Notes under the pieces: generated by a model
The model's database searches: none
Seen by the model: the letters and a program-made list of their open reading frames with translations, nothing else
Told to the model about the DNA's origin: nothing
Shown: positions 8,541 through 18,316 of the stretch, in pieces
Layout: the number at the start of each line of letters is the position of its first letter
Position numbering within the stretch: position 1 is the first letter of the stretch
NCBI GenBank assembly: GCA_038209745.1
Contig: JBBQXJ010000001.1
Span: 103,358 to 167,357, forward strand
Reading direction: 5' to 3'
DNA from: Verrucomicrobiota bacterium
Lineage (GTDB): Bacteria; Verrucomicrobiota; Verrucomicrobiia; Limisphaerales; CANJSG01
Length of the DNA stretch: 64,000 bases
Made by a program: the position numbers and the translations under genes

Positions 8541-11500
8541 TTTTTCGGACTCTTTCCACACCGGCACGAAGTGGAACCATTGTTCCGGATACTGGCGCAG
8601 GCTCGATTCGAAAGCGCGGAGGATCTCGCCCGTCAACTTGATGCGCACCGCGCGGTTGCCCAGGGCCGCGCGATCATACGGCACGGGCGGGAGGACTTCC
8701 GCCGAATAGACGCCGTCGATGCGGGGCAACACGACCGGCACAATGGCGCAACCGGTCGCGCGCGCCAACTCGGCGGCCGAGATCGATGCGCTGAAAGGCC
8801 GACCAAACAGCTCCACCTCCACCGAGCCCGCGGCCGGCGGCCGGTCGACCAACAGGGCGACGCATTCCCCCGCTTGGAGCCGGCGGATGATTTCGACGAA
8901 GGCAAAAGGATCGTCTCCGACGACGAACGTCTCGATGCCCCAGCGCGCGCGGGCTTGTTGGCGGAGCTCCGTGAAGCCGTCGCCCGGCTCCGGTCGGGTG
9001 AGGACGAGCAGCTTGATCCCGCGCCGGGCGAGCAGGGGCGCGCCGAACTCCCAGTTGCCGAGATGCACCGTGACGAGGAGCACGCCGCGCTTGGCTTCGA
9101 GCGAGTCGCGGAGGTGTTCCCAACCCGCGAGGGGGCGCAGGCGTTGATCGATGGACTGGCCGGCTTCGTAGCGCCACAGGTCGCAGAGCTTGATGGCGAA
9201 TTCGTCGAAGAGCCGGCCGGCGGCGGCTTCCGCTCCTGCGCCCATGATCGGGCGAAGATTGTCCGCCACGATGCGGAGGCGGTCGGGGCGGAGACGTCGG
9301 TAGACGAAGACCCCGGTGCGGCTGAGCGCGAGGCAGACGGGGCGGGGAAGCAGGCGGACGAGCCGAAGGGCGGTCTTCCAGAGAGTGGCGGAATACAGGG
9401 TGGAGGCGGCTTTGACATCCACCGGCTGAACCGTCGTTCCGCCCGTCATCCTCCACCAGACCGGCAGCGCGAGGAGCGACACGCTCATCACACACACCAC
9501 CCCGGCGGCGCAGACCTGTCCGAGGCTGGCGAGTCCGGCGTTTCCCGCCCAGGCGAGGGAGCCGAACCCGGCGACGGTCGTGCCGCCGCAGAGCGCCAGC
9601 GCCTTGCCGGTGGTGCGCCAAAGCTCCCGGGTGTCCCCGGCGTGCCGCCGCAGCGACATCTGCACGTGGAGCACGTAGTCGACTCCGGTTCCGAAGAGCA
9701 GCGGCAGCGCCATCAGGTTGAGCAGGTTCCAGGACCAGCCGGCGAGCTGCATCCAGGCCAGCAAAGCGACGACGCTGGTCGCGAGCGTGACGATACCGAG
9801 CAGCGTTTCGCGGAGATTGCGGAACGCGCCCCAGAGGCAGGCGACCAGCAGCGCGACGATGCTCGCAAGCAACCAACGGAGGCGGTCGTCCACCCGCTCC
9901 AGAACCGTCGATCCCAGCAAGGACCAGCCCGTGACGATGGAGCCCTCCATGGCCGGGAAGTTCGGCGTGGCGTTCGTCGAGGGCGTGATGAGCCCAAGGG
10001 CGAACCAACCTTCGTCGTCATGCGCGGCAGCCTGCCCCGCGACCCAGGCGGAGACCGCTCCGGTCGGCCAACCGTGGAAGGCGTTGGGTCGGGCCCAATG
10101 CGTCACGATGAGCTCGGAGAGCGCGAGCGAGTTGGACGAGAATCCGGCACCGAGAACGGCGGCCCGCAGTGCGGGCCAACGGGCCGCCACGTCGGCCAAC
10201 ATCGCCCGGTTGGTCGGCTGGACCGAAGGATCGGACCACCAGGGCGTGGCGAGATTGAAGGACCGGATTTCACCGCGGTCCACCGCTGGCCCCAAGACCC
10301 GCTCGGCGGCATGGAGCCGGTCGGCCACCTCCTGCTCGCTCGTGCCGCGAGTCACGAGAAACAAGGGATCTTCCTGTCGGCCCAAGCGGCGTTGCAGCGT
10401 CTGGATCTCGGCGAAAGCGGCGCTGTTCTTCGGCCGCAGCGCATCGGGCGACGGGTCGTGCCGGGGAATTCCCCGCACCACGAGGACCCCGGCAGCGGCG
10501 AGCAGGAGAATCGAGACCAACCCGCCTGCGGCCCGGTCCAGAAAAGATTTTCCACTTGGTTCCGAGGCGTGGGGCGACAGCGGGGAACCGTTTCCCGTTT
10601 GGGGCGCATTTCCAGCCAATGGCAGGAAGACATAGAGCATGACCAAGACGCCGAGCCCGACGCCGAGCGCGACCAGGGTGCCGAGCTGGCCGAGGCCGGG
10701 CAGGCCGCCGAAATTCAGCAGCAGGAAGGCCCCGGCCGTGGTGATTGCGGACCACGCCACGCCAGGCCAGACGTGGCGGCGCACTTCCGCCAACGAGGCG
10801 GCCGGATCGGCGACGCGCTCCTGGTATGCGACCAGGCCGTAGTCGACGATCAACCCGAGGAGAATGGCGGCGAAGCCGAGGCTGATGATGTTCATCTCGC
10901 CGAGCAGCAATCCGCCCAGCGCGAAGCTGACGTTCACCGCCACGGCCAGACAGGCGACGAGCACCAGCAGCGGCCGCCAGCGGCGATGGGCCAGCCAGAA
11001 GAGCGCGGCGATCACGACCAGCGTGCCGGCGGCCGAGCGGGTCATGTCCCGCTCCATGCCGTTGGCGACCTCGGAGGCGAAGACCGGTCCGCCGGTGTAG
11101 CCGATGGCCACGTTGTTTAGAGACGGGTCGTCGTCGCGAAGGTCGTGGACCCGGTGGCGAACGGTCTCCAGCCAGGCCGTCTCCGCCTTGTAGTCCGCCG
11201 GTGTCGCGGGCGGTTCCACGAAGAGGACCCGATACGTGCCATCGGCCGAGGCGAAGAGCCGTTGCGCGGAATCGAATTCCAGGCCGCCCCCTCCGGGAAG
11301 GTCCGACAGCCCGAGCGGATCGTAGCTGAGGCGGGCCAAGGCGCCGGGAGAAAGGGACACGGCCATTTCCTCCCGGGCCTCGTTCAGGTCGGAAGCGACG
11401 CGGCTTGGATCAAGCTTCTGCGCGAGTTGAAACGTGGCCGTCGGGTTCTGTTGCAACCGTGCCCACGCGAGGAACTCCCCGGCGGAAGCCGGATCGTCCA

Positions 11501-11789
11501 ACCACGGCGGACGCCAGAGCACGCTGCGTGCGAGCTCCGATCGGGCCGAGAGATTCGTCGCGATCAGCCGGGCGGCGGCTTCGGCGGCGGGTGCGTTCGA
11601 CGCGCTGATGGTGATGATCAGCTCATGCGCGGACGCGAAGTGCTTCTGGTGCAGCTTTAGTCCCTCGACCACCGGCAGGTCCCCGGGCAAAAGGCCGAGC
11701 ACGTCGGTATCGAAATGCAGGCGCATCAATCCGGCACCGGACAGCAGCACGGTGATCAACGAGACGATCCAGGCGGTGCGACGTTTCAT
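8529..11789 (-). CDS. MMPL/RND-type exporter fused to a C-terminal LpxL-like (lysophospholipid) acyltransferase
   Basis: Two TM clusters with 'GLIVDYG' and 'GTGVDYVLH'; C-terminal 'LLVTVHLGNWEFG', 'VALLVDR', 'YPEQWFHF'. Confidence 0.88.
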   Translation of the reverse strand: MKRRTAWIVSLITVLLSGAGLMRLHFDTDVLGLLPGDLPVVEGLKLHQKHFASAHELIITISASNAPAAEAAARLIATNLSARSELARSVLWRPPWLDDPASAGEFLAWARLQQNPTATFQLAQKLDPSRVASDLNEAREEMAVSLSPGALARLSYDPLGLSDLPGGGGLEFDSAQRLFASADGTYRVLFVEPPATPADYKAETAWLETVRHRVHDLRDDDPSLNNVAIGYTGGPVFASEVANGMERDMTRSAAGTLVVIAALFWLAHRRWRPLLVLVACLAVAVNVSFALGGLLLGEMNIISLGFAAILLGLIVDYGLVAYQERVADPAASLAEVRRHVWPGVAWSAITTAGAFLLLNFGGLPGLGQLGTLVALGVGLGVLVMLYVFLPLAGNAPQTGNGSPLSPHASEPSGKSFLDRAAGGLVSILLLAAAGVLVVRGIPRHDPSPDALRPKNSAAFAEIQTLQRRLGRQEDPLFLVTRGTSEQEVADRLHAAERVLGPAVDRGEIRSFNLATPWWSDPSVQPTNRAMLADVAARWPALRAAVLGAGFSSNSLALSELIVTHWARPNAFHGWPTGAVSAWVAGQAAAHDDEGWFALGLITPSTNATPNFPAMEGSIVTGWSLLGSTVLERVDDRLRWLLASIVALLVACLWGAFRNLRETLLGIVTLATSVVALLAWMQLAGWSWNLLNLMALPLLFGTGVDYVLHVQMSLRRHAGDTRELWRTTGKALALCGGTTVAGFGSLAWAGNAGLASLGQVCAAGVVCVMSVSLLALPVWWRMTGGTTVQPVDVKAASTLYSATLWKTALRLVRLLPRPVCLALSRTGVFVYRRLRPDRLRIVADNLRPIMGAGAEAAAGRLFDEFAIKLCDLWRYEAGQSIDQRLRPLAGWEHLRDSLEAKRGVLLVTVHLGNWEFGAPLLARRGIKLLVLTRPEPGDGFTELRQQARARWGIETFVVGDDPFAFVEIIRRLQAGECVALLVDRPPAAGSVEVELFGRPFSASISAAELARATGCAIVPVVLPRIDGVYSAEVLPPVPYDRAALGNRAVRIKLTGEILRAFESSLRQYPEQWFHFVPVWKESEKNHR

Positions 11790-11847
11790 GCGGTCGAGTC
11801 GGTGCGCGGAGACTGCGCGCGGAGGCTACGCGGGTGTGCTGGATGGA

Positions 11848-12339
11848 TCACGGAGCGACCCCTTCCAGTTGCTCGCCAGTTCTTGAATGGGTCAGCGTCC
11901 AGTGGCCGCCCGGCTGGGTCGTGGCTTGCCAGGGCCCGCTTCCGTGGGTCGGTGGCAGGGTGGCGAGCTGGAACCAAGGAAGCGTCGCGGGCGGAGTTCC
12001 GCGTCCACCGTAGCCGCCTTTGCGCAGCGAGGAGCTCAGGGTCCAACCGGCGGAGGTTTGGCGGGCGACGATGATCGGCAGGCCGCCTTTGCTGAACTGC
12101 ACGAAGAGCGATCCGTCATCGACGCGGTGCGCCCAAAGAAGTTCTCCGGTGAGTTCTTGCGCTTTGGCCGACGGCCGCCAGATCGCGGGAATCTCCTGCA
12201 CCGTCCAACCCGGTGCCGAGAAGTCGGCCGGTGGAAGCTTCGGCGCGACGCAGCCGACGGTGACGAGGGTCAGAAGGGCCCAAATGGCGTTGGCTTGGAC
12301 GGAGCGCCGGACCTTGATTCTGTGTTCTTCGGTGGCCAT
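11848..12339 (-). CDS. Hypothetical lipoprotein
   Basis: Lipobox-like 'LVTVGC' after a hydrophobic stretch; lies within the operon. Confidence 0.7.
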   Translation of the reverse strand: MATEEHRIKVRRSVQANAIWALLTLVTVGCVAPKLPPADFSAPGWTVQEIPAIWRPSAKAQELTGELLWAHRVDDGSLFVQFSKGGLPIIVARQTSAGWTLSSSLRKGGYGGRGTPPATLPWFQLATLPPTHGSGPWQATTQPGGHWTLTHSRTGEQLEGVAP

Positions 12340-12375
12340 CGCTGGGAGTTTCTTTCGACGAAGTTGGAACCGGCT

Positions 12376-13674
12376 TCAGCGCGCCATCGGCTGCGGTTCG
12401 ACGGATCCCTCGGGCACTGGCTGGAAGGAGACACGGGGCACGAGCGGCCAGCGGGCTTGGAGCCGGACGATCCAGAAGAAGGCCCGCAACCGCCACTTCA
12501 TGCGCCAGCCGCCTTCGAGTTCGCCGGCCAGGACAGCGTTGACGGCGGCGGGAAGGTTCCACTTGTTCCGCGGTTCGAGGAACACCTCCATGAACGGCGT
12601 GGTGTAGAAGTTCTCCACCATTTCCCAATAGAGGCCCATGGCCGAGCGGATCCGCTTTTCGTAGCGGGCCAAGAGCGGCGCGCCATCGAGTCCAGCGGCG
12701 AGCGCCGTGGTGATGGCTTCGGCGGCGAGCTTGCCCGAGAACATCGCGAGGTAGACACCGGCGGAGAAGATCGGATCCATGAAACCGGCGGCGTCGCCGA
12801 TGCGGACCAGGCGCGGACCGACGAGGCGGCGGTTCCGGTAGCTAAAGTCTCCGGTCGCCTGGATCGAGCCGAGAAGAGAGGCGGTCTGCATCCGTTCACG
12901 CATCGGCTGGCTGGACCGGACCCAATGGTTGAAGGCTTCGGGGGGCGACACCTTCATGGCGCTGAATTCGTCGCGGTCCATGACGCAGCCGATGGAGGTC
13001 TTCTCCGCCGAGACCGGGATCAACCAGAACCACTTGTTCTCCAGCCGCACGATCACGGTGTCGCCTCCCTTGGAACAGGGGTCGCGCCGCACGCCGTGGA
13101 AGTGGCCGAAGAGGGCGACCTTCTTCAGGCGCGGATGAACCTCGCGCAGACCTTCCTGGTTGCCGGTGAGGTTGCCGCGTCCGCTGGCGTCCACGAGGAA
13201 CGACGCGGTCAACAAATGCGTCGAGCCGTCGGGCGCGGTGGCGTCCACGCGGACCCCGTCGGGCACATTGGAGAATCGAGACACGCTCCAGCCTTCCCGA
13301 ACTTCGGCGCCCGAGCCGCGGGCGTGCTTGAGCAGGATGTGGTCGAAGGTGGCGCGCTCGACCTGGATGGCTTCGGTCTGGCGGGTGAAGGCGCCCTGGC
13401 TGAAGACGAAGGCGGTGGACTTGGAGCCGTTGCCCAAATGGAACTGCGCTCCGAGCTTGCGGACGAATCCTTGGTTCTGGAGCGCCGGGAGCACGCCCAT
13501 CTCGGCGAGAAGGCTCTGGTTGTAGGGCAGGAGCGATTCGCCGATGTGGAAGCGAGGGAACACTTCCTTCTCCAACAGCAGGACCCGCCGGCCGGCCTTC
13601 GCGAGGAAGGTCGCCGCCGCGCTGCCGCCCGGCCCGCCGCCGATGATGATGGCGTCCCATGCCGTCTCGCTCAT
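12376..13674 (-). CDS. FAD-dependent oxidoreductase, flavin-dependent halogenase-like
   Basis: GGGPGG Rossmann motif, 'FPRFHIGESLLP', WFWLIP (WxWxIP), 'GDAAGFMDPIFSAG'. Confidence 0.88.
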   Translation of the reverse strand: MSETAWDAIIIGGGPGGSAAATFLAKAGRRVLLLEKEVFPRFHIGESLLPYNQSLLAEMGVLPALQNQGFVRKLGAQFHLGNGSKSTAFVFSQGAFTRQTEAIQVERATFDHILLKHARGSGAEVREGWSVSRFSNVPDGVRVDATAPDGSTHLLTASFLVDASGRGNLTGNQEGLREVHPRLKKVALFGHFHGVRRDPCSKGGDTVIVRLENKWFWLIPVSAEKTSIGCVMDRDEFSAMKVSPPEAFNHWVRSSQPMRERMQTASLLGSIQATGDFSYRNRRLVGPRLVRIGDAAGFMDPIFSAGVYLAMFSGKLAAEAITTALAAGLDGAPLLARYEKRIRSAMGLYWEMVENFYTTPFMEVFLEPRNKWNLPAAVNAVLAGELEGGWRMKWRLRAFFWIVRLQARWPLVPRVSFQPVPEGSVEPQPMAR

Positions 13675-13760
13675 GGAGGAATTAAGCCGGGGGCGGGCGG
13701 GCGGAGTCAGCTTTTTAATGACTCGACGATGGACGGCTTCTCCGACCGCGCCGCGCGGAA

Positions 13761-14186
13761 TCACACCTCGATGGTGGCGTCCATCGTCACCTTGGCATTG
13801 AGCAGGCGGGAGATGGGGCAGCCGGCTTTGGCGGCGTTCGCGATCTCCAGGACCTTCGCCTTGTCGGCTCCGGGAATCTTCGCGGTCACGTCGAGATGCG
13901 ACTCGACGACGGTGAAGCCCGCGTCGGTCTTGGCCATCGTGATGGTGGCAGTGGTGGCGATGGAATCGGGCGTCAGGCCGGCTTTGCCGAGCTCCGCCGA
14001 GAAGGCCATCGAAAAGCAGCCGGCGTGGGCCGCGCCGACAAGCTCCTCGGGATTGGTGCCCTTGCCTTCTTCAAACCGGGTGCTGAACGAGTATTGGACT
14101 TGGTCCAACACGCCGCTCTCGGTGGAGAGAGTGCCTTTGCCGTCCTTCAAGCTTCCCTGCCAATGGGCCGATGCTGTGCGTTTCAT
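13761..14186 (-). CDS. osmC: OsmC family peroxiredoxin
   Basis: 'GTNPEELVGAAHAGCFSMA', 'AKAGCPISRLL'. Confidence 0.95.
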   Translation of the reverse strand: MKRTASAHWQGSLKDGKGTLSTESGVLDQVQYSFSTRFEEGKGTNPEELVGAAHAGCFSMAFSAELGKAGLTPDSIATTATITMAKTDAGFTVVESHLDVTAKIPGADKAKVLEIANAAKAGCPISRLLNAKVTMDATIEV

Positions 14187-14331
14187 TATGTTTTGGTTGG
14201 GGTGGGGGTGGCGTTTACCACGATCGCGCTAAACTGGCTTCGATTTTCGCCCGTGCAAGCGTCTCCCGATCCGCCAGGGCCGGGACGAAGGCGGTGCTTC
14301 CATTTTAAGATCGGCCGGGAAGGATGGCGCT

Positions 14332-15366
14332 ATGCCGAGCGAACAAACCTCTTTGGATCCGAGCTCCATCCTCCAGACGGCGTTCTCCTTCTGGTCCTCC
14401 AAGGTCCTGCTCACGGCCGTCGAGTTCGGCCTGTTCACTCGGCTCGGCGACCGCCGGCTCACAGGGTCGGAGCTGGGCGATGAACTGGGCCTGCATCCCC
14501 GCGCCGTCGCGGACTTCTTCGACGCGCTGGTGGCGATGAAGTTCCTGGGCCGTGACGGCGACGGGGCGGCGGCGCAGTATTGCAACACTCCGGCCGGTGC
14601 GCTTTTTCTGGACCGCAAAAGCCCACGCTATGTCGGCGGGATGCTAGAGATGCTCAACGCCCGGCTCTTCAAGTTCTGGCACGATCTGCCGGAGGCGTTG
14701 CGAACGGGCCAGCCGCAGAACGAGGCGAAGCACGGGCAGAAGGGCGTCTTCGAGGAGCTCTACGCGGATCTGCCGAGGCTTGAGCAGTTCATGGGCGCGA
14801 TGACCGGCCTGTCCCGGATCAACTTCGAGGTCTTCGCGACGAAGTTCGACTTCTCCCGCTACCAGACGCTGTGCGACGTGGGCGGCGCGACCGGTCTGCT
14901 CTGCATCGAGGCGGCCAAGCAGCATTCGCATCTGCGCTGCGTCTCGTTCGACCTGCCGCCGGTGGAGCCCATCGCCCGGCGGCACATCGCCGCGACCGGC
15001 CTGTCGGATCGGATCACCGCCGCAGCGGGGGACTTCTTCACGGATCCGTTGCCCAAGTCGGACGTGATCACGATGGGGATGATCCTCCACGACTGGAACC
15101 TGGAGAAGAAGAAGCACCTCGTCCGGGCCGCCTACGAAGCACTGCCGGTGGGCGGCGCGCTGGTCGCCATCGAGGCGCTGATCGACGACGCACGGAGGGA
15201 GAATGTCTTCGGCCTGTTGATGTCGCTGAACATGTTGATCGAATTCGGAGACGCCTTTGATTTCTCGGCGGCGGACTTCCGTGGTTGGTGCATGGAGGCG
15301 GGTTTCACCCGGTTCGAGACGATCCACCTGAACGGCGCCCATGGCGCGGCGGTCGCCTACAAATAG
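14332..15366 (+). CDS. O-methyltransferase (Methyltransf_2 with dimerisation domain)
   Basis: 'LCDVGGATG', 'GDFF', 'ILHDW'. Confidence 0.92.
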   Translation: MPSEQTSLDPSSILQTAFSFWSSKVLLTAVEFGLFTRLGDRRLTGSELGDELGLHPRAVADFFDALVAMKFLGRDGDGAAAQYCNTPAGALFLDRKSPRYVGGMLEMLNARLFKFWHDLPEALRTGQPQNEAKHGQKGVFEELYADLPRLEQFMGAMTGLSRINFEVFATKFDFSRYQTLCDVGGATGLLCIEAAKQHSHLRCVSFDLPPVEPIARRHIAATGLSDRITAAAGDFFTDPLPKSDVITMGMILHDWNLEKKKHLVRAAYEALPVGGALVAIEALIDDARRENVFGLLMSLNMLIEFGDAFDFSAADFRGWCMEAGFTRFETIHLNGAHGAAVAYK

Positions 15367-15395
15367 GGCCCTCGCCGTCGACGCGCGCCGGTGAT

Positions 15396-15885
15396 CAGGG
15401 TCTTTTGTTTTGAGGGGCTCAAGGGGCGACGAGGTCGAGGGAGCGGGCGGGTCTGGAGCGGAGGTGCTCGCGGATCTCGGGAAGCGAGTCATTGGGGAAG
15501 GGGTCGGCCCCGAGGGCCAGGAGGGCGGGGTTGGTCAGCAGGTTGGGCTTGCGACTGCGGGAGCGGTCCTCGCCCATGAGCGCGTAGCAGCCCGGTCCCC
15601 AGACCCACCGCGCCACGACCTGCCCGTCGAACTCGACGACCTGACGGAGGCAATCACCGACCGGGTGGCCCGCGCCCGGAGAATGGTGCGTTGCCCGTTG
15701 CGCGTCGAACCACCCAGTCTCCTCCGGGCCCGAAACCCGCACGTGGCTCGCCAGCCGGGTCGTCGTTGGAACCGCGTCCCATGCTTTCATCCCACCCCGC
15801 CGAACCAAAAAAAACGCGTTCGGGTTCAGCCAAACCTCCCCGTCTTGCGGCTCAGCGTCTTCGGCCGTAGAAAAAAAGAACCCTG
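15396..15885 (-). mobile_element. Internally deleted non-autonomous IS (ISAs1-like, DUF4338-containing), 490 bp
   Basis: Ends CAGGGTCTTTTGTTTT ... AAAAAAAGAACCCTG are imperfect TIRs; flanks CGCCGGTGAT / GGCCGGTGAT match 9/10; the internal ORF 15419-15808 appears to join a DUF4338-like N-terminus to an ISAs1-like C-terminus. Confidence 0.8.
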
Positions 15886-15950
15886 GGCCGGTGATGAGGC
15901 GTCGCTCATTTCGGTTGAAGCTCCCTCCGGGTCGCCCACTCTAACCGCCC

Positions 15951-17201
15951 ATGAACCTCCTCCCGCAGGTCGTCGCCCTTTTGCTGGCCGCTTCCGCGCC
16001 CGCCGCCGATTGGCCCCAGTGGATGGGCCCGCATCGGGACGGCCACGCCGGCGCCGGCACCTTCTCGGCCACGACCCTGCCGCCCGCCGCCGAACCCGTG
16101 TGGAAGCACGCCATTGGCGGGGGCTTCTCCTCGCCCGTCGTCGTCGGTGATCGCGTGGTCTATTGCGACATCCAGAACGACCAGGAAGTCGCCCACGCCG
16201 TCGAACTGGCCACCGGCAAGGAACTCTGGGCGACGAAGTATTCCGCCGCCTTTGGCGACGAATGGGGTCCAGGTCCGCGAGCCACTCCGGTGGTCGATGG
16301 CGACCGCGTCTACGTCCAATCGTGCGTCGGCGAGTTTCGCTGCCTGGATTTGAAGGACGGCAAGGTCCGTTGGGGAACCAGTTTCGAGAAGGATTTCGGC
16401 GTCCGCTTCCTCGGCAACAAGGCCAACGAAGGCACCGCCGCCCGTCGTGGGAACAACGGCACCGGCGTGGTCAATGGCGACACGATCTATGTGCCTGTCG
16501 GCTCGACCTCCGGCGCGTCGCTCGTCGCCTTCGACAAGCTGACCGGCAAGGTTCTCTGGAAGTCGGGCGACGACGAAGCCGCCTACGCCGCGCTCCAGAT
16601 CGCCGACTTCGCCGGCACCCCACAGGTCGTCTACTTCACGGCCGACGCGCTCTGCGGCTTCGCCTGTGCCGATGGCAAACCCCTCTGGCGCGTGCCTCTC
16701 CGCACCAACGCCAAGCGGCACGCCGCGACTCCGCTCCTGCTGGGCGACCGCGTTGTGGTGAACTCCCACACCTTTGGCACCCTGGCCTTCGAAGTCGGAA
16801 AGTCCGGCGACGCCTGGACCGCCAACAAGGCCGCGTCGAATCCCCAGATGAAGATCAACCTCGCGAGCCTGGTCGCCATCGGCGGCCATCTCTACGGCCA
16901 TGGCCAGAGCCGCAACTTCGTCTGCCTCGACGCCGGCACCTTGAAGCAGGCGTGGGCCCAGGACGGATTCGGCAAGGAGCTCTCCTCCACCATCGCCCTC
17001 GACGACCAGCGCCTCCTCGTCCTGACCGATCTCGGCGAAATGGTCCTCGTGGCCGCCGATCCCAAGGAATACCGCGAGCTCGGCCGCCTCCAAGTCTGCG
17101 GCAAAACGTGGAGCATGCCCGCCGTCGCCGGCGACCACGTCGTCGTCCGTGAGGGGTTGACCGACGGGTGGAAACTCAGCTGCTGGAACTTCGGGAAATG
17201 A
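15951..17201 (+). CDS. PQQ-binding-like beta-propeller repeat protein (BamB-like)
   Basis: Signal peptide, 'ADWPQWMGPHRDG', 'GFSSPVV', repeated 'LD..TGK..W'. Confidence 0.9.
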   Translation: MNLLPQVVALLLAASAPAADWPQWMGPHRDGHAGAGTFSATTLPPAAEPVWKHAIGGGFSSPVVVGDRVVYCDIQNDQEVAHAVELATGKELWATKYSAAFGDEWGPGPRATPVVDGDRVYVQSCVGEFRCLDLKDGKVRWGTSFEKDFGVRFLGNKANEGTAARRGNNGTGVVNGDTIYVPVGSTSGASLVAFDKLTGKVLWKSGDDEAAYAALQIADFAGTPQVVYFTADALCGFACADGKPLWRVPLRTNAKRHAATPLLLGDRVVVNSHTFGTLAFEVGKSGDAWTANKAASNPQMKINLASLVAIGGHLYGHGQSRNFVCLDAGTLKQAWAQDGFGKELSSTIALDDQRLLVLTDLGEMVLVAADPKEYRELGRLQVCGKTWSMPAVAGDHVVVREGLTDGWKLSCWNFGK

Positions 17202-17329
17202 GCCGACGGTAGCGGCCGGCGTCGGTGGATGAAGCGCGCAAATATTCCAAGGAACAGCGGCCGTCGAATGGGAAAGACGGCCACGCGAGACGAAGGCCGG
17301 CAAGGATCGAGGCGAGCCGCCTCGATCCC

Positions 17330-18316
17330 TCACTTGCTGGGATCGGTGAGTGCCCCGGTCCCGCTTTGGGAAACGGGGGCCTTGGTCAAATCCTCCAGCG
17401 CCGCCTCCACCGTCGGGAATCGGAATTTGAAGCCCGATCCCAGAAGCCGCCCCGGCACGACCCGCCGGCTCTTCAGCAACAGCTCCGTTTCCGTTCGCAG
17501 AAAGAAGGCGCCGACCGCCAGCATCCACCGCGCGGCCGGCAGTCCGATTCCCGGTCCGAACCGCCGACGGAAGAGACGCATCCACTCGGCGTTGAAAATG
17601 GGATTCGGCGCGGCGAGGTTCACCGCGCCGTTCAACTCCGGATGTCGGATCAACCAGTCGATGGCGCGGGCGAAGTCCGTCTCGTGCAGCCAGCTCATGT
17701 AGTGCCGGCCGTTGGCCAAGGTTCCGCCCAGTCCGAGACGCGCGAGCCATTTGAACGGTTGAAAGACGCCGCCGTTCCGCCCCAGCACCATCGCCGTCCG
17801 CAGCAGGACGCGCCGGGTCACGGGAGTTTCCGCCGCCATGACTTCGGCTTCCCAGGCCAGGCAGACGTCCACTGAAAACCCCTTGCCGATCTCGCCCGCG
17901 GCTTCGTCCATCGATCGGTCCTCCGCATGGCGATAGATCGTGGCGGAGCTGCTGTTCAACCACACTGCGGGCGGTTGGCGACACGCAGCGATGGCCTGAC
18001 CGAGGACGCGCGTCGAACGAAGGCGGCTCTCCAGGATCAACCGACGGTTCTGCTCGTGGTAGCGACAGTCCACGCTGCGTCCCGCCAGGTTGATGACGGC
18101 GGTCGCGCCTTCCAGTTCGGTCGTCCATGGCCCGAGATTTTCCCCGTCCCAGACGACCTGCTTCACGTTCAGTCCTTCGACCCTCCGGCGAACCAATGCC
18201 ACCACCTCGTCTCCCTTTTCCGAGAACCACTCCACCAATCCGCGCCCGAGGAAACCGTTCGCGGCCGTGATGACGATGCGACGTGGCGCGGAGCTGGATC
18301 GAGGATCGGGCTTCAT
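17330..18316 (-). CDS. TIGR01777 family NAD-dependent epimerase/oxidoreductase
   Basis: 'IVITAANGFLG', 'AVINLAGRSVDCRY', 'SWLHETD', 'KSRRVVPGRL...GFKFRFP'. Confidence 0.9.
   Translation of the reverse strand: MKPDPRSSSAPRRIVITAANGFLGRGLVEWFSEKGDEVVALVRRRVEGLNVKQVVWDGENLGPWTTELEGATAVINLAGRSVDCRYHEQNRRLILESRLRSTRVLGQAIAACRQPPAVWLNSSSATIYRHAEDRSMDEAAGEIGKGFSVDVCLAWEAEVMAAETPVTRRVLLRTAMVLGRNGGVFQPFKWLARLGLGGTLANGRHYMSWLHETDFARAIDWLIRHPELNGAVNLAAPNPIFNAEWMRLFRRRFGPGIGLPAARWMLAVGAFFLRTETELLLKSRRVVPGRLLGSGFKFRFPTVEAALEDLTKAPVSQSGTGALTDPSK

Noticed and set aside
8418..11120. 900-aa + strand ORF, and similar long ORFs at 11887-14232, 24113-26782, 44581-46815, 52362-55661 and 60549-63443
   Set aside because: Antisense shadows of well-supported genes, expected in high-GC DNA; no domain motifs
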